DNA from: Fistulifera solaris
Lineage: Eukaryota
Length of the DNA: 64,000 nucleotides
Direction: 5' to 3'
NCBI GenBank assembly: GCA_030295235.1
Contig: AP026141.1
Coordinates: 496,001 to 560,000 of the forward strand
Shown here: positions 36,139 through 47,141 of the stretch, piece by piece
Layout of the letters: the number at the start of each line of letters is the position of its first letter
How positions within the stretch are numbered: position 1 is the first letter of the stretch
Position numbers and translations under genes: made by a program
Notes under the pieces: generated by a model
Told to the model about the DNA's origin: nothing
Database searches by the model: none
What the model saw: the letters and a program-made list of their open reading frames with translations, nothing else

Positions 36139-36315
36139 ACAAATGTAACTGTATCGGATTGGCAAGAATAGGCGACCGAAAGCTATGTACAACAAGCCAA
36201 AATGGATCATAGTTCGGAGTGTCGGAGCATTGATCGTCGACCACGGCCTATGAGAATGTCGTCGTAAATATTCCATCATTAACATAGCACATATAGCATT
36301 CCCTTCCTAATCACA

Positions 36316-37200
36316 TCAAAGCGCGTTTTTCCCGGTAATGGCTATCGACATTTTATCCAATAAAGTCAACGAAATGATACTGTAGGGAGCCAATTTGATA
36401 AAGGCGGGCGTAAATCCTTTCCATAATACCCAAAATCCATCGGCCTGGATGGATTTTACGAAACAATCCCACACACTCTTATATCCAGAAGCAGTATGAT
36501 TCTGATATCGACTCTTCAGCACATCGAATGGTGTCGACACCAAAGTGGCGACAAACGAGGATATGGTGGTGGCTAAAAACAAGACGGGGTATCCCTGAAG
36601 CCATTGTCCTCGTTCTCCAAAGTACTCGGACGCCGACAATTGTTCCTTTACTTCGGAGGTAATGCCCAACGAACACGCCGACACGAGTGTCGCACGGACT
36701 ACCGTCGGTGTCGCGCCGCGCCACAGTTGCCACACACCTTCTTCGTGTACCAGACGCCGCCAACAATCCCACAGGGAAGTATATTTGTGAGGATGCGCCG
36801 ACATGCGCACCAACGCCACTTCGGCCGGGGTTCCCACCCAAGCACCGATACTTCCCGCCATCGATCCAAGGAGCAATTTGTGGTGCAACGACACGGCACC
36901 TGGGTGTTGTTGGTCCAGTAAATAAGAATAAATTCCCATGCGACATGATCCGTACAATACTTGTCGAAGATAGGCCGCCGAAATACCGGCATACAGCCCC
37001 TTCCAGAGTCCGGCTTGTGTGTAAACCGAACGCGCAGTATGCCATACACTGCGATGATTCTGAAGTTGCATGTGGATGCGAATGACATCGAGGGGGTGAC
37101 ATACATTGACGGCACCGATACCGGCCACCGCACTCAGTATCATGCGCGTCGGTAAAGAAACAACGGCACGACTGTGGCCCCGGTCATCGTTCATGTTCAT
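36316..37200 (-). CDS. Mitochondrial carrier (2-oxoglutarate/malate or dicarboxylate carrier-like)
   Basis: Three Px(D/E)xx(K/R)-type signatures (HPLDVIR, TPAEVALVRM, TPFDVLKSR) plus YLRQVLYGSCRMG and GATPTVVRA. Confidence 0.9.
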   Translation of the reverse strand: MNMNDDRGHSRAVVSLPTRMILSAVAGIGAVNVCHPLDVIRIHMQLQNHRSVWHTARSVYTQAGLWKGLYAGISAAYLRQVLYGSCRMGIYSYLLDQQHPGAVSLHHKLLLGSMAGSIGAWVGTPAEVALVRMSAHPHKYTSLWDCWRRLVHEEGVWQLWRGATPTVVRATLVSACSLGITSEVKEQLSASEYFGERGQWLQGYPVLFLATTISSFVATLVSTPFDVLKSRYQNHTASGYKSVWDCFVKSIQADGFWVLWKGFTPAFIKLAPYSIISLTLLDKMSIAITGKNAL

Positions 37201-37483
37201 GACTCATGACTTATTATCGACAACGACAACGACACTTCATCTCTTAATCTCTCCTTATATCATCGGGAGTTTCCGAATATCTTCCGCGCCGCTTTATCGT
37301 TGTTGTCGAACAGCAATTTCAGAAAGAAAAAATGGTACTCCGGGTAGGTAGTAGTCAAAGAACCATCGCGTCTGATCGGTATTTACGCCCGAACGTTTCC
37401 ACGGCTAATTACAGCTACCGTACCATGTTTTTTGTGTTCACTTCACTATTGTACCAGTAGTGTGTAACGACTAAAAATTACGG

Positions 37484-38206
37484 AGTCCAAAGTCCAAAGT
37501 ATCCCAAAGCCCAAAGCCTTCACCTCGAGGCTCGAGGCTCGAGGCTCGAATGCTCGAAGCTCGAAGTGATACCAGGTACTGTAAGACTAAGAGGCTCCCC
37601 GCTTCCAACTTCCAACGACCAACGCATAAGACTTCGGGCTTAGAGGGTCATTGGGCCTATTTTCCACTATTTTGAGCTTACTTCATCTTCATCATCAGTC
37701 ATCAGATATCAGATCGCCAATTCAACTTTCAAGTCTTGAGTATCGAGTATCGAGACTTGTGACTGCATAGAGAACACAGAGCACAGAGATTGAGGATGAA
37801 GGCAATAGGCAAATAGAAAATAGGTACCGTATAGTACACCGCATTCCGCATACCGTATCCTGCATCCTGCATCCTGCATCTTGCATCTTGCAGAGCTCAG
37901 AGCGAATAAAGTTTCCGGTGACAATTGTATGTAGCGTGTAGCGAGTAGCGACTTACGGAGTATAACGTATGACGTTTGACTACTTTGTAATGACTACAAA
38001 TCATAACTCATAACGCAAAACCCAAACGCCAAAAAAAATGTTCCTGAACTTTTTCCTTTTTCTCCTTGACGCTTGACGATTGACGATCGACGATGACCGT
38101 TTTTGAGAAATCTTAAATCTTTTATTAAATATCATATGGAGTGAGGAGTGAGTACAAGTAGTGTTTCATCGCACTAAAACATCTTCAAGTGTCAAGTGTC
38201 AAGTGT
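37484..38206. repeat. Cluster of many different short tandem repeats of period 7
   Basis: Examples: (AGTCCAA)2 at 37484, (CTCGAGG)3+ at 37524, (CTTCCAA)2 at 37602, (GAGTATC)2 at 37738, TGCATCY array at ~37860, GTAGCGW x3 at 37931, (TCATAAC)2 at 38001, TGACGAT-like x4 at 38067, (AAATCTT)2 at 38108, (CAAGTGT)3 at 38186. Confidence 0.8.
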
Positions 38207-38376
38207 CCTGTGAACGAGTTTGCATGCCAGATGCCATCAACAAACAAAAAAACAAAAAACGAAGCCAACCGGGCAATAATTTCGAACAATATCAGGTAGC
38301 CTTCATTGGCATTATTTATTGTCGTGTGGTTAGCTTTCTCACTTTCGAATCGGCGTGAAGTGTTTCATCATCCACC

Positions 38377-41062
38377 ATGAAGCTCTTTGGCGTCTCATCC
38401 ATTCTCGCATCCTTTGCTCTTCAGTTGACTTGGCTGGAGGTAGCCAACGCGAACGTTTGCATGATGCTCTATCAAATGGCCGGTGCGTATCTTTTCGACT
38501 CCTCTTGTGTCATCGGATCCGACTTCTGTCACTCACTCACCTTCCTTCTTAGACAACGATCTCGAGTTCTTCATTCGGCAGGACAACAACGAATTGATTA
38601 ACTCGGCTGCTGTTCGCGAGCCTACCTTGACGACCTGGGTGTACTTTGACAGTCGCAACTACGGCACCGCCGAAGATATTACTTTACCCTTGGAGGAAGT
38701 GTTTGCTCCTGATGGAACTCCTCTTGCAGCGAAGCTCGAAGGCAGCCTCTTAATGACCTGGGATCATGCGAGAGAACAGATGGTCGTCAATGCATCTTCT
38801 CCTGTAGAGTTGAACAGCGACCATCCTCAAATTCTGTACAACTTTTTGGCGCACGCATTAGTAGACTGCGTCGCTCGTGGCTCTACCGAGTACATGCTAA
38901 TTTTGTCGTCGCATGGTAGTGGAATGTTCGGGTTTGGAGGTGACGAAGATGTGGCGCGGCGTCGTCGTTTGTTGCAGGCGAATCGACATATTGTCAACGC
39001 GGTGCAGACAGCCCTCGGTGCTGTAGAGGGTGCCCCCGCAAAATTGGACGTTCTAGGATTCGATGCTGGCTTGATGCAAGCGGTCGATGCTCTCGACGAG
39101 TACCATAATATTACAAAGTACTACATGGCCAGCGAAGCTGTGGAGCCTGGACACGGTATGACTCTGATTGATGTGTTTGATTCTATCATCTTACATCCCT
39201 CTCACTCATCGACTATGTCTTCTCGCCAAAGGCTGGGCTTACAATTTTTGGAGCCTGCTGCAACTGCTTTAGAATACGCTACTAATTTCCACGACAATTT
39301 TCTGCAGCAAACACAGGGTTCGGATGTCCACATGACTCCCAAGACATTGGCCATCGTAGATGCTGACCTGTTTATTCCGTTTCTCAATGCGTGGGATGCA
39401 TTGTTTTCGCAGCTCAGCATTGAAATTGCGAGCGACAAGAACGTACACACAATTATGCAACGTTCTCGCCTGAACACTTTGGCTTTTATGGGTGCCATCG
39501 ATACAGCCGATACCAACACACCGTCGGCAATGGACATAGGAAACTTTTTCGAAACATTCCGCGCCCTGTGTTTGATTGATCCGAACAGCGAAGTCGAAAC
39601 ATTGATGGCTGCTGCTGAGACTGCTTATAATGCCATGTTCATTTCGAGAGGAAACGGTCCGGGAACACCACCAGCCACCGGTATGCACATCCTGTGGCCG
39701 CAGCGACAACTCTACGATCAATATGACCTGTCCGTGATTATTGAAAATAATAGCCTTGCTGCAACCGGCGACGCTCCCAACTGGATAAATTTCCTAACGA
39801 CTTTCTATCAAGCCGCCGCTCCTGATGCCGTCAGTGAAAACTCGGTTTGTCTCCAATCGATCGTCTCAGTTCTTGAGGCCAACGCAGATGGTCGCCTGCT
39901 TTTGAACCCCGCCGTCGTAGGAACTGACAGTGGAGTTGTTGCATCCAGTGCATTGGCGATTAGAACCGATAGAATCTATGTGAATTATGGTATCGATCTC
40001 ACGTTCCTCTTGGAAGGCCGACTTCGTCATCTGAAAGAAACAATTCCCTTCATGGCTAGCGCCAATCGCACTGCAATCAGCCACCCGCTCAAGCCCAACT
40101 GGGAGAACGCTCAGAGACGTTTGCAAACGGAAACCGGTGATTATTTTATTTTGTTCGGTGGTAATGTGCGTGGAGCATTCGAAGGACCCGAGTTTGTCGC
40201 TACCTGGGACAAGAAGTTTTTTATTCTTGGAAACAGTGACTCGAGGGAGCTAGTTTATGCTACGGATAGCAAAGGTGGACACAAAAGCATTCCAGTCATG
40301 TATTTTGCAAGGAATACCCCAATCACCGCTGCAGATATTCCACTGGGCAGTACAATTGAGCGTGCAATGTTTTTGGGTGGCATCTTTGGCTTCCTCACCG
40401 TCTCTCCCTCAGATGCCATATTTAATGTCATCAGCAGCTACGTTCTCTACACCTTCGATCCGGTAACAAGGGCGTTCCGCGAAACCCCCACTTGGGCTGG
40501 CGGTCAAATTACACCCGTACTATTTTCGAAACTTGTTGTTGGTGACAAGGTAGTTACTCAACTGGTGGGTGGCTTTCGCAGCACAATCTTCCCGTGGGGC
40601 GGAGACAGTGATTTTGGAGTTCTCGTTGCTGATGCGGTCCAATTCATCAGTAGAATCGACGCATTAGATTCGGTTGTGGTTGAAATGAGGGCGTATGATG
40701 ACGATGTCCGGGGCGCTGTTGACTTCTTTTCAGCATCGCTAACTTCCAGTGAGCTTGGAGGATCGGCTGGTGGACCTTCCACTGCAGAAGCACCGTCTGC
40801 AGGACCTCCAATTGCGAGTCCTCCTACTGCCGATGCTCCCGCTGCAGGCCCTCCCACCGATGCCTTTCCCATTGGAGAGGTTCCTGCTGCTGAACCCGCT
40901 AGTGCTAGTCCTCCTACTGCCGACGATGCAGGCCCTCTCACGGATGCACCTCCCACCGGAGATGCTCCTGTTGCTGAACCCACCAGTGGCAGTTCCGAAA
41001 GTCCTGTCATGTCGTGGACGGCTTCAGTCTTTATCCCCGCTGTGATAGTCGTGTTGTTGTAA
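38377..41062 (+). CDS. Clostripain (peptidase C11)-like secreted, probably GPI-anchored protein; catalytic Cys read as Gly
   Basis: Signal peptide; intron 38483-38552 gives YQMADNDLE; LILSSHGSG; LDVLGFDAGLM; ASEAVEPGHGWAY after intron 39156-39231 plus a poly-T indel; P/A-rich repeats at ~40770-41000; hydrophobic C-terminus. Confidence 0.8.
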
Positions 41063-41636
41063 CTGCAAAAAGAAACGAAAGAAGACGCAGCACGCAGACA
41101 GAGAAGCAGAGACCCATAAGGTCATAAACAAAAGTCCACAACTACCAGCAAGTATTTTTACAGCAAGGTTGATTGTTATTAGGTCACTGCTGGTCTGCAT
41201 TCTTGTCTCTTCCATCGTCGCGACGGCTAGACTATAAGACGGACCTTCCTCATCATACGGGTTTGACGACCATTTCCTTTTGATGATACAGAAGCCAAAA
41301 CAGGTGACTTGAAATGAAGTTATTTGAATAGTAACAAGCGAATGGTTTCAATTATACAAGCGAAGCACCGTCTACTGTATAATAGCAGCAAAAGGAAAAT
41401 CAAATAATCGTTCGATGCGTGTCGTTACCCGTATAGAAACAATCGTAGAAATATAAGTCTACTGGTTGCGCATACGAAGCAATCGTGAACGATGGACGAA
41501 ATTCAGTCACGGGCTATTTTCATTACTCCGTATTTGTTTTTCATACGTCCTTCATATTAAAAACAAACTGCAACAACAACAACAAGAAGAAACGCAATAG
41601 GAAAAGCTGAAATCCAATCACTAATATATAGCAAAC

Positions 41637-43080
41637 ATGCCCCGCTCGAATACGGCACGATCCGTGTACATGGCCCGTGTACGACGAGCCTTTTTGTTGC
41701 GCGTTCATCCCGATCGGTTTCGTTCTCCGACCATACGATCGCAACAAGCTCGATTGGTGCAAGCCTTGTCGAATCGAATGAGTCAATCGGATTTTACGGC
41801 ATGGCAGCAGCAACAAGAGAGTGTTACTCCTGCATTCGATGACAACACGAAGTATCCCTTTGTTTTAGAAAAGCGCGATGGCTCTTATTTTCGAACTGAA
41901 TTACAAATGAATGCCTCTGTGGATGTCATTCTTTCTACAATATTGCACGGTTTGAAGCAAGTGGGTGCGTCGCTTCCGGAACCTCCGAAAGGGCATTTCA
42001 AGCGGACTCGTACGAGATCCTCAACACTCGGCGAAACAGCGGAGTCACAAAGTTACAACAATCATCCGACTTCTGTTCATCCAAAAGGACGCAGTTTATC
42101 CGATTTTTTGTCCCATTTGCAACCCGATGAAATCCAAGGACGTCGCAACAGTCGCATCGATGCTCAAGCGGCCGCTTTAGCAGTACGACGACTGTATCGA
42201 TTTCAAGCCGTCGATGCGACTTCCTTGGGATGGTCGTCGGCGTGGGTCGCAACGTTGTTTCGACGATTGATCGATTTGCATCAATCGCAACAATTCAAAG
42301 TCAATTCCTTTTATCCCATTCGTTTGGTATTTTCGAATGCGGCGGCCAAAGTATCCATCCTACAACGTCCGGATCATGCCTTGGATGTGTATGGTGGTGT
42401 GTTACGATTGAGTCCAGCCGGTACGTCGGTACAATGGCTCGAAACACTCAACAGTGTGACTTCCGGTCGCATCGAGGAAATTCAGTATCATCAATCCCAA
42501 ATGTTGGCTTACTCCAAGACGATTCACAGTGTTGTGGGTATCAAAGTCAAGAAGGGTCACTCGTGTAGCAATTTTGAGTATTTTTCCTTTCTGGAACGCT
42601 TGTCACATCATTTATTGCCGTCGGAGACGGATGTGTCTCTATCAACGACACTACAAGTATCAACATCGTTTCCTCTTTCCAAGACACCGCTTGTCATGAT
42701 GATTGAATCGTCGGCCATGTGTCGTCGACCGATCGTGACAGCGGAAGGCCAACTCCGACTCGGTGCGGCCATGAATGTTACGATTACGGGCCTTGACGGA
42801 ACTCACTTCAATAGCGAGACAACGGCGGGACGAACATGAATTACTACACGAACAACAACAGGAATGGATTCAACAAGCGCAATATCAATTCGGATTGCAG
42901 AATATTTATGCGACCGGAACGGTTTCTTCTACAGATTTTAATGCAAGTTTGGAACGATTGGTAGTCGATGGTCACGTTGGGCAACATTTGGGAGGTCATT
43001 CGTTGGGCATCACCGGTTCGGATCGTTTTTGTCATTTGGCGGATGACGGATCGTTAGTGATTCCTCACAATTGGGTGTGA
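41637..43080 (+). CDS. TCAIM-like protein (DUF4460 J-like domain plus DUF4461), frameshift at ~42785
   Basis: N-terminal RAFLLRVHPDRF and C-terminal DGSLVIPHNW (in ORF 42775..43080). Confidence 0.65.
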
Positions 43081-43487
43081 ATCTACTAGTATACTCCGCA
43101 TGTATTATAATCGTTCTTGTTGCTGATGTCATCCAGATTCTTCGTTCGGTTGTGCGAGCAAAGAAAAGATGTTCTCGTGAAAAGTAGTTGATCCTAGATC
43201 CTAGTCATAACCGGGAATGAGTTGAAATAACTTTGAGTCACGAAGTCATTTATGACCGCTTTGTTATCTGATGCGTTTTTTTTTCTTTTGAAACAACAAA
43301 AGCGATACAATAGCAAGAAGACAGAGGCAAGCCTGTTTCATTGAACCTGCATTGCTCTTTCTATTCATCTGTAGCTATGATGAAAGCCAGAACGATCTGA
43401 ATTCGACCACTGACATTGATACACAAGCAATAACAAGAAACACTCTCATTCTTTGCTCAGCGAAAATAGTCGTTATTCTGTCTTACG

Positions 43488-44970
43488 ATGCCAGTAATAA
43501 CGACGAGCTCTACGAGGACGGTGACTCGTCGCAACAATGAAGGCATTACAAAATTATCCAGAATACATGGAGGAAGAATGATGAAAGGAATTTTGGGAGG
43601 TTTTCTACTTTGCTTTCTGGCTTGGAATTACTACATGGGGGTTCGATTCATTCGTCCGCCCATTCTACAGGCCCGCAACGCTTTACGAAAATATCCACCG
43701 CATCGTTATTATCATCTCAATAGTTTGCCGAGAAGTCAACAACCGTCTTTTTTGACAACAGAGACGGAATACATATATGGGGAATGGCCCATCGTATTGC
43801 CACTTCGTGCCCCGAATGCCAGCCAGCGACAAAGGAATGAACACGGTCCCTTCAAAGTGGCGGTCGATCAATCCTCGTGGTTATCTCATGAAAATGATGC
43901 ACTGCCGTTTGCAGATGGCACCAATCCCAGTATCATTTCGGTGGATCGATTGAAGGGCTGGGACGCTCTACCCAGTCTGTTGCAACAGTTTCCGCAGACA
44001 CGCTTCTTGGCGACGGCGTGCATGACCAACAGTCAATGTGCATGGAAGGATTCTCCGACCGAGATACAGCAGTATCAGATATCGACTCAAACTCAGCCGG
44101 ATACCATCCGCACTGTATTATTGTTACTGGACGAATCCTTTCGAACATTGACCCAAGCCACCATCTATTTAGAGCGAGATTCTTCTTGGGGACGGAAATT
44201 GCGACAACCGAGTTCTTCCTTGTTCGTGCCGGCGCTCGATGATGCCCGATTGTTTCGCCACAATCAGCAATTGTTTGTCAGTTACCGAGAAGGACCGGGA
44301 TTTGGGTACGAGACGCAAGTCTTGAATCCGATTCATTTGAAATTTACTGCTTCCCAAGAATGGTCCGCGCACATTCGTGCCTCCGAGACCAGTTCCTTTT
44401 GCTGTGGACGGAATATGGCATTGATGCGCGGTGAAAGTGAGGAACAGTTGCGGGCATTGACGTGGGTCGATCCGGTGACCATCATTGACATTGATACGAC
44501 TCCGGGTGCCACCAACAAGAAGCGTCGAAAGTTAGCCGAGCACAAGTCACACATTCACGGCACCAATGGGTTCATGGTGGAAATTCCATCTTCGTCGGAG
44601 GGGGGAGGAGGAAGTAACATTCTTGGGAGTCGCACATTTTCATCGTCCCAACGATCGGAAAGAAAATCCATACGCACGGTTCGGACATCACTACACACAC
44701 GCCTTTTACACGGTACGGAACGATCAACTCGTGGGATTGTCACCTGAATTTGTATTACCCTCCAAATACGATGCGGACGACGGCGAAGTGATTCAATTTC
44801 TGTCGGGGTTGGAATACGATGCCTTGCGCAATGAAGTGGTGATTGCGTACGGAATCAATGATTGCGAAGCGGCTATAGAAGTGGTGAATCTGCAAGTCAT
44901 ATTGCAATTCTTGCGAACCGTGTCCGATGGCCAGCAAGTCGTCGATTTTATGATGCCGTTAAAATCATAA
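43488..44970 (+). CDS. Type II membrane protein of unknown function, possibly a beta-propeller carbohydrate-active enzyme; poly-G frameshift at ~44600
   Basis: Single N-terminal TM; motifs GTNPSI, LDDARLF, GRNM, IHGT, FLGVAHFH, LSPEF, IQFLSGL and IAYGINDC. Confidence 0.6.
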
Positions 44971-45316
44971 TGACGAAGATGCCGCATTCTTGCTGAGTTT
45001 ATCAATAAAAAAGATATAATCTTTGGTTCTTTTCTTGTTGATGTTGTGGGCTCGTTAGATAGTTGGTTTAGGCCTAATCCACCTGTATGTGAATGAACTA
45101 CCGGTACCAGGTATCTAATTAAAATTTATCGTGCGACCTTAGTATCGTCCGTCCGTCATGCGAAGAGCCGTCTGTCACTCGTCCGTTCCTGACGCGATCC
45201 AAAACGACGACCAACGATGAAAAAAAACGTCGGAAAGATCTTCACCATGAGATGCATCGAACGCGAAAGCCCAAAAGCGAAACGTTCCTTGCCAACGACA
45301 CAAACGGATAGCGAAA

Positions 45317-47077
45317 ATGAAGGACGACACAGATAGCAGTGATCCGGCGGAAAAGGCGAAGAAAAAGAAAGACAAGAAGGAAAAGAAGAAGAAAGAAAAG
45401 AAAGCGAAAAAAGACAAGAAGAAAGAACACAAGAGAAAAAATCATTCATCAGAAAATGAAACACCTCTCAAACGACAGCGTTGTGAACCTGAAAGCTCGT
45501 GTACGGAAAAGAGGTGTCGACAAGGACTCATACACAACAAGAAGAAACGACAGCAGACCCACTGGCGCAATACAATCGCAACAATCCGCGTCCCCTCGCC
45601 GAGTCGTCTTCGTTGTTAAAGCCCGAAGACAAAGACACCGATCGATGTGTGACTCTATTGCTGTTTTATCAATACGTTGAACCCGTCTGGAACGAAGAAC
45701 AATACCAAGAAGCGTTGCGGACCGCTGAAACATTGGCGACTTCTCACAAACTGTCGGGTCGGATGCGGGTCGCCCGCGAAGGCTTCAATTGCACGCTCAC
45801 TTCTAAAAATAGAACCGACATGTACAACTTTTGTCAGGCGTTGCGCGATTGGAATGACGTCTTTTATAAGACCGAATTCAAATTCACGCACGACTTGCCT
45901 TCGGCACAAGCCTTTCCACAACTCAAAGTCATCCCTGTCGTGGAATTGGTGCATTACGGTTTGGAAGGACGCAAGGCTCCGCCCATTGCGCAATATTCCG
46001 GTGTACATTTAGAGCCGACGCACTATCATCAAAAATTGGCGGAACCCAATACGGTCGTCATTGATGTTCGGAATCATTACGAAGCGGTGATTGGACATTT
46101 TCAGCCACCGGCTGCAACCGAAAGTGGTGAGGCACCCAAGTACATTGATCCGAAAATGCGAAAAAGTACTGAATTCCCCGCCTGGTTGGATAATCCGGAG
46201 ACCCAGAAAGAGTTGAAGGGGAAACAAGTTCTCATGTTTTGTACAGGAGGAATTCGTTGCGAAAGGGCCTCGGCTTTGCTCAAGTACAAAATGGCCACGG
46301 ATCCAGTAGTCAAAGGTAAGTCGGGTGATGGATATGGTTTGTTCGAAGTGACTTGAAACAACTCACAATCCCTTAGATCTCGGTATCAAGGGCGTCTACC
46401 AGTTGCAGGGTGGCATTGACAAATACTTCAAAGAATTCCCCGACGGCGGGTACTGGAAAGGAAAAAATTACGTTTTCGACAAACGCTTTTCTCACGCTCC
46501 CCTTTTGAAGGAGGAACATGTACCCGAGGCCAAGCCCGACGCTCCCATTTCGTCGTGCGAATCGTGTGGCAAGCCATGGGACAAGTTTCGTGGAAAGCAA
46601 AGGTGTTATACGTGTGGAGTACCGAGTTTGGTGTGTCGAGATTGTTTAGAGAGCAAAACAAAACCACGGTGTGATTTGTGTGTAGCGCAGAACATCACGT
46701 CGAAGCGGGAATGGAGAGAGAAGGAACAGCGAGAAATTGATGAATACGAAAAGCGATCAAAAGCCAGAGGTGTCTTGCTGGCTGCGTCGCACACGGAAAA
46801 TCCAAATAACGTAACGAGACTCTTTTTGAAGAATATGTGTCGAAAGAACATGACAGATGCTATTTTATTGGATTTTCTGCCGGGAATCACACATCTAGTT
46901 TGGAAAAATCGAGCTGGAGAATTTACAGGCCAAGGTTGGGTCGAGATGGAATCGCCCGAAGCAGCTGCTGCTGCTGTTGCCAGAACGGGTGAAGTAGTTT
47001 TAGGCCGAGCGTTGCACATAAAATTTGATCCTCCAGATGGCAAGGATGTTTGGCCTCCTCCGCATAGCAAAGTCTAA
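45317..47077 (+). CDS. Rhodanese-domain protein of the TrhO/YceA/TSTD2 type with K-rich N-terminus and C-terminal RRM; frameshift at ~45510; intron 46316-46376
   Basis: LLFYQYV, GRMRVAREGFNCT, VIDVRNHYE, MFCTGGIRCERAS, VYQLQGGI, WKGKNYVFDKR, a Cys cluster, and RRM-like RLFLKNM...GQGWVEM. Confidence 0.88.
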
Positions 47078-47141
47078 TCTACGTAAGAGACGGAATGACT
47101 ACTGATGATAAGATGCTAGCATCCAGCACTAGTTTCCGCTA

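Noticed and set aside
39156..39231. Continuous read-through of ORF 38483..41062 across this segment
   Set aside because: The segment is better explained as a 76-nt GT-AG intron plus a 1-nt deletion, which restores the C11 motif EPGHGWAY.
45156..45464. F/S/L-rich minus-strand ORFs resembling membrane proteins
   Set aside because: They are antisense shadows of the lysine-rich coding segment on the + strand.
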